A stretch of 59,659 nucleotides of DNA, counting the filler, from Pirum gemmata (lineage: Eukaryota), in NCBI GenBank assembly GCA_002812295.1. It is 10 parts of 10 records of this genome, joined end to end, with 100 filler letters (N's around TTAATTAATTAA, not from the genome) between each part and the next. Parts side by side here need not be neighbours in the genome. Positions count along the whole stretch, not along the records: positions 31,539 to 37,193 come from PDIN01000508.1; positions 37,294 to 42,847 come from PDIN01000509.1; positions 42,948 to 48,400 come from PDIN01000510.1; positions 48,501 to 54,007 come from PDIN01000511.1; 6 more parts are not named here. One strand, 5' to 3'. The translations under genes and the position numbers were made by a program. The stretch's first letter is position 1, and each line of letters begins with the position of its first letter. Below, piece by piece: positions 36,557 to 48,650 of the stretch. The notes beneath the pieces are model-generated. The model was not told the origin of the DNA. It saw only the letters and a list, made by a program, of their open reading frames with translations, and searched no databases.

Positions 36557-36994
36557 GAGTGGGAGTGTCTAGAGAGATCTAGTAAGCCAAAAATAACCAA
36601 AAAAAGACATTTTTTCAGAGTTGTTTTTCAGATAGAGTTTTCCTCCTACCTACTAGTAGAGAGGTTCTAGCTAGAGAGTTTTTCAATTTTTCCAAGGAAT
36701 CATTAGCAAGAAATCTAGCTCTGATAACGAAAGAACTTTTAGTTAGAGGTGCTCGTGTTAACACTATACTTAAAAAATTAACAGTAATCTTCCTCAGTAA
36801 TCTTAGTGTAATCTTCAGGTGTAATCTTACCGTAGCCTGACCCTTTGTGCATTTAAAAAATTTAAAAAATACTTTAACTATCGATACTAATAATGATAGT
36901 TACTAGTCTAAAGACTCTAAACCACTACTGTAGTGGCTGTGGCCTTTTTATTATAGACTATTATAGTCTAGCTCTATTATATATTATAATATAT

Positions 36995-37169
36995 TATCGT
37001 GCTTTTCAGTTGTTTTGTCATTATAAAATATAAATAAATAATACGAAATGGATTTTATTTGGTATATTTTATTATCTATTTATTCATTTAAAAAATTTAA
37101 TGTCAATTTAAAATACTATAACCAACCAAATAAATACTCAGAGTAACAAAATAAATGAAAAGCACAATA
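36995..37169 (+). mobile_element. MITE family A, full-length copy, TA-flanked (Stowaway/Tc1-mariner-like)
   Basis: TA|TCGTGCTTTTCAGTTGTTTTGTCA ... TAACAAAATAAATGAAAAGCACAA|TA. Confidence 0.85.
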
Positions 37170-37193
37170 TAATATTATCATATCCGTGATATA

Positions 37194-37293
37194 NNNNNNN
37201 NNNNNNNNNNNNNNNNNNNNNNNNNNNNNNNNNNNNNTTAATTAATTAANNNNNNNNNNNNNNNNNNNNNNNNNNNNNNNNNNNNNNNNNNNN
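37194..37293. other. Artificial scaffold linker
   Basis: 44N-TTAATTAATTAA-44N. Confidence 0.95.
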
Positions 37294-37306
37294 TAATAAT
37301 AATTAC

Positions 37307-37341
<35 letters not shown>

Positions 37342-38101
37342 TAATAATAATAATTAATAATATAATAATAATAATAGTCTAACTGTTGGACTTAATTTCA
37401 GCGGACATTTATTTATTTAATTAATAATTAGCATGAAATTATGATTAGGGTGAATAACATGGTTTACAGAATAAATCCGTGCCCACAAAGAGCGAACAAC
37501 ATTGTAAGTGGTTCCCGCAAGAAAATGAGCAATAATAATAAAGTTAACCCTAGGCCTGATAGTAACAATGTTAGGACTAAAAGGGAAAAATTCTCTGCTA
37601 ACCGTGGTAGTGAAACTTCTTCTTTGACTTCTTCTTTGACTTCTTCTTCTACTACTACTGCTGCTGCAGCTGCTACTACTACTACCGCTGCTACTACTAC
37701 TACTACTGCTACCAATGCTACCATTGCTAGTAGTACTTAGTAGTCTTGCTAATATTATTAATACTACTACTACTGCGACTACTACTTCTAGTGCTACTAC
37801 TAGTGCAACTAATGCGACGACACTACTAGTACCAGTTTTGCTACGGCTTCTAGCACTACTACTACTACTGTTATTACTAGTAGTAGCTCTACTACTACTA
37901 TTGATACTAGTACTGATACTACTGCTACTGCTACTACTAGCTAGTGCTACTACTGCTACTACTGTTGCTACTGCTACTGCTACTGCTACTACCACTATTA
38001 CTACTAGCTAGCTAGTGCCCATTCCCGTTCACCTCTTTCTTTGATTTCTCGGAATATTTCAAATGAGGCAAGGGGGACAATTAGTACAATTAGGGACAAT
38101 G

Positions 38102-38358
38102 TGTATGATATTGTTATCACCTCAAAAAGGGAAAGGTGTATGTTGAACGGGAAATGCAAATAACTATCATAGCTACAGTAGACTAAGTCAGTTATGTGGC
38201 GAAAATGAGTGAGGTAAAAAAATCTGTATGATATTGTTATCACCTCAAAAAGGGAAAGGTGTATGTTGAACGGGAAATGCAAAATTGCAAATATGATAAC
38301 TAGCTAGCTACTAGATAAGTCAGTTATGTGGCGAAAATGAGTGAGGTAAAAAAATCTG
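38102..38358. repeat. ~125-bp tandem duplication
   Basis: TGTATGATATTGTTATCACCTC...GGGAAATGCAAA and TAAGTCAGTTATGTGGCG...AAATCTG each occur twice. Confidence 0.9.
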
Positions 38359-38520
38359 AAGGCAGCCCACCCATTGGTATAAAGAGCAATGCTGACGTAA
38401 AAGTGACGTTTTTTTTTTACCCAGTCCCAGTCTCCCAGACACCCCGAAAACGCTTTTACTTTTAATTAAAATTAAAAACTAACAGCTACCAGTGGCTAGT
38501 TAGCTAGCTAGAGAGAGTAA

Positions 38521-38567
38521 CTAACCCTCTAAAACCCTAACCCTAACCCTAACCCTAACCCTAACCC
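38521..38567 (-). repeat. Interstitial (CCCTAA)n
   Basis: Perfect CCCTAA units. Confidence 0.9.
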
Positions 38568-39889
38568 AGTCTACCAGAGTGATCGGTAATTTGTAGAAAA
38601 TTACTAGAAAATTACTGAAATGGAGTTTGATTATTGGGAAATTCACCAAAAAAAGAAATTATCACAGGTCTTGGAATCTACTACTACTACTACTACTACT
38701 ACTACTATTTTTCGTTTTTTACATTCAAGAATCAAGAATCCTCATGCTTTCTATCATATACATAATACATCGATATAATAATATTATATTATAATATATA
38801 TTATACATTTATATAATATATAATATATATAACTTAATTAATATAAAAGAATATGATCCTCATGGACCACCAGTAACTAGATTAAAAAATAATTGCAAGA
38901 CTAGGCTAGTTAAAACTTCACAGTTATCTAACTACTGGTAGACTGTGATTTATAATTATTTCTAATTACATAGCTATTACATATTATACTAATAACCCCA
39001 ATTAAATAAATAATAATATTATTAGGTTTATAATTAGTTTTAGGTTTAGGGACTTTTACAGTTTATTACAAAATTTAATAATATGTTTAATATTATTTAT
39101 AGTATATTATAACATGTAGTGTTATTTATGTTATGTTATAATTACATTATGTTATGTTATGTTATATAATATTATATATAATATTATAATATATCATAAA
39201 TTAAAAACCAAAATTTAAACTGATTAAAAGCGACGAAAAAGAATTTGCTTTGTCTTACCATAACGAGAAAGATTAGNATTAATGTATTTATTATATTATA
39301 ATACTAATATTATATTATTATAAATTATATGTAAGTTATAAATTTTATATTGTATTATATTGTATTATACAGTATTATACTACTAGTTAAGAATATAAAT
39401 AACCTAGTTAACGTCTATATACTACTATAAGTTAAAATAAATAATATTATTGATTTAATAATAATATATTGTGCGGCATTATAATATACTCTGCTGTTTT
39501 TATAATGATATTAAAATTTATATTCCTCACATTATAGAGATAATAGTTTTTATCGCTCTCTTGTTTGGAAAAAAAAATAGACTAATTTTGATTTGATCTT
39601 TTACAGACCATGATTAATTAATAGACTAATCTAGCTAGCTGTCAATAGTTTGTTATACATACCGGTATACTACAATATGATACTATCAATATATAAAACT
39701 GAAAAAACAAAATGTAGAAAGCGAAATAACAAAAAAAACAAAATAAAACAAAAAAAAACAAAATAATAAAATAACAAAATAAAGTAACAAAATGACAAAA
39801 TAACAAAATAACAAAATAACAAAATAACAAAATAACAAAATAACACAAAATAAAAAAAATAACAAAATACAAAATAACAAAATATTAAA

Positions 39890-40470
39890 ATAATAAAATA
39901 ACAAAATAACAAAACTATAAAACTATAGAAAACGTTTTAATAACAAACCAACAAACCAACAATCCAACAATCCAACAATCCAAAAATCCAAAACCAAAAA
40001 TCCAAAAAACCTAAAAATCAAAAATCAACGTTTCTAACAAACCAACAAACTAACAACCCAACAAATTAACAACCCAACAAACTAACAACCCAACAAACTA
40101 ACAACCCAAAAAACCAACAACCCAACATACCAACAAACTAACAACAAACTAACAAAATAAAAAACTACTAAACTACAAATAGAATAACAAAATAACAAAA
40201 CTATAAAACTATAGAAAACGTTTTAATAACAAACCAACAATCCAACAATCCAACAATCCAACAATCCAAAAAATCAAAAATCCAAAAATCCAAAAATCCA
40301 AAAATCCAAAACCAAAAAACTAAAAAACCTAAAAACCAAAAATCAACGTTTCTAACAAACCAACAAACTAACAACCCAACAAACTAAAAACCCAACAAAC
40401 CAACAAACCAACATACCAACAAACTAACAACAAACTAACAAACTAAAAAACTACTAAACTACAAACAAAC
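39890..40470. repeat. ~290-bp duplicated A/C-rich low-complexity block
   Basis: CTATAAAACTATAGAAAACGTTTTAATAAC and ATCAACGTTTCTAAC each occur twice. Confidence 0.8.
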
Positions 40471-40568
40471 CAACCAACCAACCAACCAACAAACAAACAA
40501 ACAAACAAAGAAACAAAGCAACCAACCAACAAAGCAAAAAACCAAAAAAATAAAAAACCAAAACAATA

Positions 40569-40985
40569 ATGATTGGATTTACACTGTCATGTGAGCCTCG
40601 CAATATTAGCGTGGCATCAATATTACAAAAACCCTTATTACACCAGCAATTACAACATCAAAAACAACTACAACATAGATTAAAGAATCTAATGTCACTA
40701 AAACAAACACCAATAACACCAGCAGCAGTAACAACTATAACCACAGCTAGACCACCAACGACAGCATCATCACCAACAATAGAAACAACAACAGCAATAA
40801 CAACAACAATCGCACCACTATCACCAACACCACCATCAATACCATCACAACCATCACTATCACCACCTGCAACACAAGTATTAGAACCAGTAACAGCAAA
40901 ATTAGGGACATTGACATCATCATTAGCATCATCATCGTCATCCCCATCACCTCCGTCGTCGTCATCCCCATCACCTCCGTCGTCG

Positions 40986-41020
<35 letters not shown>

Positions 41021-42122
41021 TTCACCATCATTAGTATCAACATCGGCAGTATCGATAACTACAACAACTACAACAACTACAACAAGTGCAACAATTCCAA
41101 CAATTGCAACAAGTGCAACAAGTGCAACAAGCACAGCAGCAACATTAATAGCAACACCAACGACAACGGCAACATTAGCAGCAACAATTTTTCCATTTTC
41201 AGTACCATCTCCAGATTCAACCACCAAATCATCAAACAATTTCAAACAATCTTGTAAGTCTTGTAAGTCTTCCTCCGAATTACATAATTCCAGTCAAAAA
41301 TCATCATCCAAACAACTTCGTAAGTCTTTCTCATCAGGAAAAAGGGTAGGGTTAGATAATAACAAAAGCAACACTTATATTAATAGTAATGAAAATAAGC
41401 CAGAAACATTAACAACCTTAAAAACATCGGCAACATCATTGGAAAATGTAGACTCAACAAGTTCTTATATCGAGTTGGCAGAGCCAGTTTGTTCTCTTTC
41501 ATCTTTTTCAAAACAAAAAGGACGTTGTGCTAGTCCACCTAATAGTCCGCCAAGCACTGCTACTATCAAACGATCCAAAAGTTTAAAGGGAAAATATAAA
41601 ATAATATTAGGTAAAGGTAACAGCCATCGTAAGAATTATAAAAAGGATAACATTAGTAATGATAACATTAATGATATTGATAACGGTAGAAACGTTAAAA
41701 GTAATAGTGGTGTAAATATTCGAACTCTTTCTTTGTGTGATAGCAATATCTTAAACCAAGTAATCGACCCACCAAGACCTTGTTCGATGACTTTACCCAG
41801 ATATGTTTCTTTCGAAGACGTGAATAATTATATGAGGGAAGAACAGGAAGAAACACAAGACTGTCAAGAACAGGCCCAGGAGCAGTTTAGTCATAAAGAA
41901 GAACACCAACATCAACTAGAACCTAAGCATGAAATTGAACATGAACATTCACAAGAACATGAACATAAACATAAACATGGATATGTACAAGGACAAGGAC
42001 AAGGACAAGGACAAGAAGAATATTATAATCAACAAAAATTCGAAGGTGAACCAAAACCTTTCGTGGATCTGGAAGAAAGAATGTTTCGTAGTTTGTTAGC
42101 AACATTTGATACTTTGGTTTAA
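40569..42122 (+). CDS. Ser/Thr/Pro-rich disordered hypothetical protein, 517 aa
   Basis: Long ORF, partly low-complexity, with non-repetitive stretches and an ordered-looking C-terminus (PFVDLEERMFRSLLATFDTLV). Confidence 0.5.
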
Positions 42123-42847
42123 ATTATCTATATTTATAATGTATAATATTAATTATATATATATGTCATTAATCGCAAAAGACCATTGGTTGGACGTTTA
42201 AATTTGACGTTTATCTTTTTGTTCAACAGTAACCGGAATTTTATTTTCAAAGTAATAAATATTATTTCTGTCCCTGTCCATTATTCATTTACAATATTAT
42301 ATATATAGATTTTGTGTTCTTTTTTTATTTGAAGGTTGTTGAATGATATATAGACCTATATATAATATATATGGAACCAGATGTATATATATAGGTAACT
42401 CGAACCGTTGTGGTAGCAACTCAACCCTACTAATTTAAAACTTGGTACTTTTATACCTATATAAAGCTAACTCTACCATAACTTAAAAAAAAAAAATAAT
42501 AATAATAATAATAAAAAATAAAAATAACCTTGACCTAAACTTTAAAACGTTAACCTTGACACTAACCTTGACTTTCATCCCGTTAACCCGAACACTAAGC
42601 AACTGAAAGGTTGTAAATAACCATTAAGATAATATGATAGCTATACATAGTGTATATTATATAATCATATATAGCGTTTACAAACTTACCTTGTTCAACA
42701 TAATATTATAATAGAGAATAATGAACTGCATGATCATTATAACAATAAAGTACAATAATAAAAATATTAATATTAATAATAATAATAATTATAACAATGT
42801 ATAATATTAATAATATAATAATGATAATAATCAAAGTAATAATTAAT

Positions 42848-42947
42848 NNNNNNNNNNNNNNNNNNNNNNNNNNNNNNNNNNNNNNNNNNNNTTAATTAAT
42901 TAANNNNNNNNNNNNNNNNNNNNNNNNNNNNNNNNNNNNNNNNNNNN
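42848..42947. other. Artificial scaffold linker
   Basis: 44N-TTAATTAATTAA-44N. Confidence 0.95.
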
Positions 42948-43357
42948 TTTTTAATTTTGAAATTCTTTTTTATATATAAAAAAACAACAACAACCACAAC
43001 AACCACAACCCTAATGTAACCTAACCTGACCTTTAAGTATCCTATCTCATAATTGTATTAATATTAATATTATATAGTCTTGTAATTATTCTATTGACAA
43101 AAAGAATATTAACATTAATAGTAATAAAACATATTAATAAAGAAACAATAATGCCATTATCATTAATATCAAAAATAACTAACAACATCAACAAAGAAAA
43201 TTTCATAAGAATAAATCACATATACAATTATAATTATAACATATCAAACAACTAGCTAATAACCAAAAAACAAAAGAATTAAAAACCAATATTCTATATA
43301 ATAGTATAATTAATAATATTTTAATTAATTGATATTTTAAAGAGGAAATTAATTATT

Positions 43358-43572
43358 ATGAGTAAAACAAAGCCGTTGTTGTTCAGGCGGAATAATAGAT
43401 TTTTCCAGTTAAAAAGAAGAACTATACAACCTTCAGAAAATGTAATAAAAACTGTTCGATTATTTATATATACAAAGGAAACTCAGAAAGATGATGAAAT
43501 GTTAGCAAATTTATTGCTAAATACTCGGATGAGTGATGGTCATAATATTTTCCCAACACTTAATATACCTAC

Positions 43573-43662
<90 letters not shown>

Positions 43663-43825
43663 GCAACAGCAACGTAATAAAAAGCTAGAAAATGATTACA
43701 ATATAAATAATATAATTAAGTTTACAACGTTAGAAACCTTATTTACCAGTAAAATTCAGTTTCAGTTTTCACAGCAACAAACCCAATTACAACACACTTT
43801 AACACAAACCCCTTTAGGGTATTAA
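43358..43825 (+). CDS. Possible polyQ protein or exon
   Basis: 155-aa ORF containing a long (CAA)n; no recognisable domain. Confidence 0.3.
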
Positions 43826-43898
43826 ATAAATGATATATTTGATTTAAATGCTTGTAATTATTATTTTTTTCTTATTGATAGAACATGTTATATATTAT

Positions 43899-44068
43899 CT
43901 ATAATTTTAATAATATATATAATAATGTTAACAAATACGTATAAATTAACTAAAACTTCATAATATAATATAATATATACAAAAATATTATATCATAATA
44001 TATATTAATATTGCATTTTAAATTATACGTATTTGTTAACATTATTATATATATTATTATAATTATAG
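43899..44068. repeat. 51-bp-arm inverted repeat (fold-back)
   Basis: Arms 43899-43949 and 44018-44068 with two mismatches. Confidence 0.85.
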
Positions 44069-44356
44069 TTATAACTTTACACTTGCTTTTTATAATAAGT
44101 ATAATATAATAAATATATTATAACGTATACAATTTAGTAGCTGTTTTGTTTTAACATTTTTTGATAGTTTATTTTATTTTTTTATTTTATTTTTTCGACA
44201 CTTCTTACGAGAAGTATGACAAAATGTGCGAATAGTGGCACTTTTGTATGTATTTATAATATAATATTTTATATAATATAATTAGTATTATATCATATTA
44301 TATACAATATATATTATATTATTTGTTATCAGGGTTAGTATAATTATATATTAATA

Positions 44357-46114
44357 TTATACATCCACATTTAAAGCATTGGTGGATTCATACACACCGC
44401 TTTCAAATAATGGGTTTTGATCACTTGGGTTGGTAATTTCATCAAAACTACCATTTGCCGTTTTAGTACTCGCAGATTGTTTCCAAAAGTAAGCGCCCGC
44501 CAAAGCAGCTGCCCCTAATACTGCTGCACCTGCTGCGGCTCCACCTGCAATAGCTGCAACATTAACCCCATCATCTTCGTTCGTAACAGGTACAGGACAC
44601 GGAACTGTACAGTTAGAGACTTCCTCGCCTTCGGGACATATACTAGTTGAGGAACCTTCGATTATTAAACGAGTGCGCAATTGTTCTCCTTCACCACATG
44701 TGCCATTAATAACTGCACAACTTGACCATTCACCCCATTCATTACTTACACAAGGTTCGCATACAATATTACAGTCCTGTCTTTGTTCATTACCAGGACA
44801 TTCTTCAGGAAAATGACCTTGTTCAAGAATATTTCTTTCACGTTTTTGTTCACCATTACCACAATCAGCATTATTAGACAACAAACAGACTGACCATTCG
44901 GCCCACTCCGTCATTGTACACGGAATACAAGGAGAGTCACAAGTCTGAGTTTCAGCAACAGGGGGACATTCTTCAGGTTTGGATCCTACTTCCTTGATTG
45001 TTCTTTCTCTTATTTGTGTACCATTGCCACAAATTTCGTTTGGCACACACTGGGTCCATTCCGACCAAGCTGAAACACTACAAGGAACACAAGGTTTTTC
45101 GCATGGTTCGGCTTCCGTTAAATCAGGGCATTCATCAGGATAAGAACCAGTTTCCAAAATTGATCTTTCTTTTTTTCTTGTTCCACTACCACAAACATCA
45201 TCAGTTTTACATTCACTCCATTGACTCCAACCACTTACAGAACAAGGAATGCACTCGATGTTACAATCTTTTTCTTCATCCAAAGCAGGGCACTCTTTTC
45301 CATTATTTTCTTGTTCAATAGTAATTGTTCTACTTCTTTTTTGTGTACCGCTACCGCAAACTTGTCCTGTTTGTAGCCCACAAGTACTCCAAGTAGACCA
45401 TTGTGTAACACCACAGTTAATGGCACATATTTTGTTACTGATACCTTCAATTTGTTCAAAAATAGAGTCAAAATCATCAGAATAAAAAATATTATCATTT
45501 GAGCCAGTTATTTCCCGAAGTTGATTTAAATCAACATTGCCAATCGCTAATGCAAGAATTTCATAATCATGGTTTCTTCTGAGATTTTTACCTACATCCA
45601 CAGCGTTATCAGTCGCGGCACCGTCGGTTAAAATTATCAATACTTTTGGAACACTTTGCCTGCTAGGAACTCTGTTCCCTTTACTAAAAACGTCTTTATG
45701 AACTTTTTCCATTGCTTCTCCTAACTCTGTTCCTTGGTATAAGTCATCTTCATTATATCTAATTGAATTAAGTTCTGCCGTTAATTTTGATTTTACGTAC
45801 GATTCGTCCTGAGTGAATTTGCTTTCAATTTTTGTTTTAGAATTGAACGAAGTAAAAGCAATATTGGTTTGTTCTTTCCCAATAGTTAAGCCATCCATAA
45901 CGATGCTAACAAACTCTTTCATGGTAGTAAAACGGTCATTAGCTAAGTTAATATCCCTCTTACCAGAGCCAGGCTTCATAGATATACTTCCACTTTTGTC
46001 AAATATAAAATTTACATCAGCAACCAAGTCACATTCATCCGTTACTTGCGCGCCGACTGTCATAATATAGGCCATGCACAACACAGCAATTATAGATTCT
46101 AAAAATGAAACCAT
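44357..46114 (-). CDS. Type I membrane adhesin: signal peptide, vWA (MIDAS), 5x TSP1, TM, NPLF tail; 585 aa
   Basis: DKSGS...GT...LTDG MIDAS; five CxxxxWxxWxxC...CGxG.xRxR repeats; Gly/Ala-rich TM; tail DQNPLFESGVYESTNAL. Confidence 0.9.
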   Translation of the reverse strand: MVSFLESIIAVLCMAYIMTVGAQVTDECDLVADVNFIFDKSGSISMKPGSGKRDINLANDRFTTMKEFVSIVMDGLTIGKEQTNIAFTSFNSKTKIESKFTQDESYVKSKLTAELNSIRYNEDDLYQGTELGEAMEKVHKDVFSKGNRVPSRQSVPKVLIILTDGAATDNAVDVGKNLRRNHDYEILALAIGNVDLNQLREITGSNDNIFYSDDFDSIFEQIEGISNKICAINCGVTQWSTWSTCGLQTGQVCGSGTQKRSRTITIEQENNGKECPALDEEKDCNIECIPCSVSGWSQWSECKTDDVCGSGTRKKERSILETGSYPDECPDLTEAEPCEKPCVPCSVSAWSEWTQCVPNEICGNGTQIRERTIKEVGSKPEECPPVAETQTCDSPCIPCTMTEWAEWSVCLLSNNADCGNGEQKRERNILEQGHFPEECPGNEQRQDCNIVCEPCVSNEWGEWSSCAVINGTCGEGEQLRTRLIIEGSSTSICPEGEEVSNCTVPCPVPVTNEDDGVNVAAIAGGAAAGAAVLGAAALAGAYFWKQSASTKTANGSFDEITNPSDQNPLFESGVYESTNALNVDV

Positions 46115-46589
46115 CTTGCTATTAAAGTTTTAATGTTGTTATTATTATTATTAATACTTCCAAATAATTACAGCAATTAAAATTAGCCTTTTTTTTTGTA
46201 TTAAACAAATTAATGTTTTCAGTATTCTTTTTTTTTAGTTTGTTTTTATTATATTATATTACTAGTATTAATTAATATTGTTTTTTATTTTTTTCAAAAA
46301 TGTATGTTTCTAGTTTTTTAGTATTTTTTTTTATACACATTGTCTACTATTTATATATATGTATTTTTTTTTTTTTTTTTGTTGGTTTTTTTTTGGGAAG
46401 AGTATATTGTTTTATTATATATTTAAAAAATTTAAAAATTTACTATAATAATGTTTTGTTGCTTTGTTGCTTTGTTGTTTTATACTATTTTATAGTGTTT
46501 TATTGTATATGCTTTATTAATTTATTGTTTTAAGTTTTTCTATTGTGTATTTCGAAAATGTAATTCCAGTATTAGTTATGTAGTTATGT

Positions 46590-47710
46590 ATTGTAATAAC
46601 AAAACCAATTTCAAGACTTAGTACTATTCCTTTGAAAGAAACCTAATTTAATCCTATATATATAATTATATTAATAATATATATTAATATAATAATTATA
46701 TCTAATCACAATTTTTACCCTAACCCTTACACTAATTTATAACTATAACCCTAATCCTAATTACCCTAACCCTTACATTAATTTACAACTATAAAGTTAC
46801 TATGACTCTAATCCTAACATTAACCTTAACATTACCCTAATACCAATTAAATCCCTAACTCTAACAGCCCAATACCCTAACAGACAAATTACAATATAAT
46901 TTAATTATTTATATTAAAATTATATAATGTTGTAGTATTGTAGCTACGTATATATTGAACAATAATATGTACATAAATATATAATTATACAATAGATTAT
47001 AAATTATTATAATATCGATTGTAATAACAAAACCAATTTCACGTATCATTCCTTTGAAAGAACCCTAATTCAATCCTATATCTAATCATAATTTATTACC
47101 CTAACTCTTGCGCTAATTTATAACTACAACCCTAATCCGAATTACTATAACGCTAACACTAACATTGACAAATTACAATGTCGTATATTGAACAAAAATA
47201 TATACATAAATATATAATTATACAATAGATTATAAATTATTATAATATCGATTGTAATAACAAAACCAATTTCACGTATCATTCCTTTGAAAGAACCCTA
47301 ATTCAATCCTATATCTAATCATAATTTATTACCCTAACTCTTGCGCTAATTTATAACTACAACCCTAATCCGAATTACCCTAACCCTTACACTAATTTAT
47401 AACTATAACGCTAACACTAACATTGACAAATTACAATGTCGTATATTGAACAAAAATATATACATAAATAACAAAACCAATTTCACGTATCATTCCTTTG
47501 AAAGAACCTTAATTTAATCCAATTTATTACCCTAACCCTTGCGCTAATTTATAACTATAACCCTAATTCTAATTATCCTAACCCTTACACTAATTTATAA
47601 CTATAACCCTAATCCTAACATTGACAAAATATAATGTCATTTAATTTTTTATATATAAAATACTGTAGCATTGTAGCTACGTATATATTGAACAAAAATA
47701 TATACATATA
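46590..47710. repeat. Complex minisatellite (four related units) seeded with CCCTAA
   Basis: AACAAAACCAATTTC...ATTCCTTTGAAAGAA recurs near 46598, 47026, 47259 and 47470 with TACCCTAACC subrepeats. Confidence 0.85.
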
Positions 47711-48269
47711 TTATATAGTAGATTATAAAAATTAAAACTATAATTTGCTTATAAAAAAAAGAAAAAAAAAAAAAAACTTTAAAAGACACTCTTAGACCCA
47801 TTTTACCTCGTTTTGATTTTCTTTTTTCTTTTCTCTTTCAAGTTTATCAGCCATTTGTTAAAAATAAAAGAGTAAACCCAATAAATAATCATTATTGACT
47901 GCTTATAATAATATACTGCTTATATTGATATATTCCCTTAAATAGTTGTTTTATATTTTAAAATAATTTTTTATTGGTAAACATAATTGTTATATTATAA
48001 TATATTTCCTTAAATACTCGTTAATTCTTTTAAAAAAGTTTTTTATTGCTAAATAAAAATTGTTTTTTTTAAAAAAAAAGAATTCTGCCGTTATTTCGGG
48101 ATAGCATCATTTACTATAGCTAACTATATAATAAACATTCTCATAGACATTCTTTATAGAATAAACATCATTTTCACTATGCGTAAGGACTCGTATGGGT
48201 GAATATAAACCAATATTTGTTATGTTTAGAAGAAGTTTTATTATTATATTATTAATATTATTATAAATA

Positions 48270-48400
48270 ACCCTAACCCCAATTCTAATAACCCTAACCC
48301 TAATAATACACTATAATACTAACCCTTTACCCAAACCTTTACCCTAACCCTGACCCTACCCTAATCCCAACCCTAACCCTAACCTAACCCTAACCCTAAC
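48270..48400 (-). repeat. Degenerate (CCCTAA)n at scaffold end
   Basis: CCCTAA variants running into the linker. Confidence 0.85.
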
Positions 48401-48500
48401 NNNNNNNNNNNNNNNNNNNNNNNNNNNNNNNNNNNNNNNNNNNNTTAATTAATTAANNNNNNNNNNNNNNNNNNNNNNNNNNNNNNNNNNNNNNNNNNNN
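48401..48500. other. Artificial scaffold linker
   Basis: 44N-TTAATTAATTAA-44N. Confidence 0.95.
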
Positions 48501-48650
48501 AATAATAATAAAAATAACAATAATTAAAATAATAATGGCAAAAATAACAACAATGATAACAATAATATAATAGTAACTTATTATTATACACAGAGTAGAT
48601 TTAAATATTAATACTACATTTTCATTTTGCTTTTTAACAAGTATTCTTAC

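Noticed and set aside
37417..38011. Overlapping ORFs on both strands
   Set aside because: Mostly (ACT/GCT)n; only 37441-37620 is non-repetitive and shows no recognisable domain.
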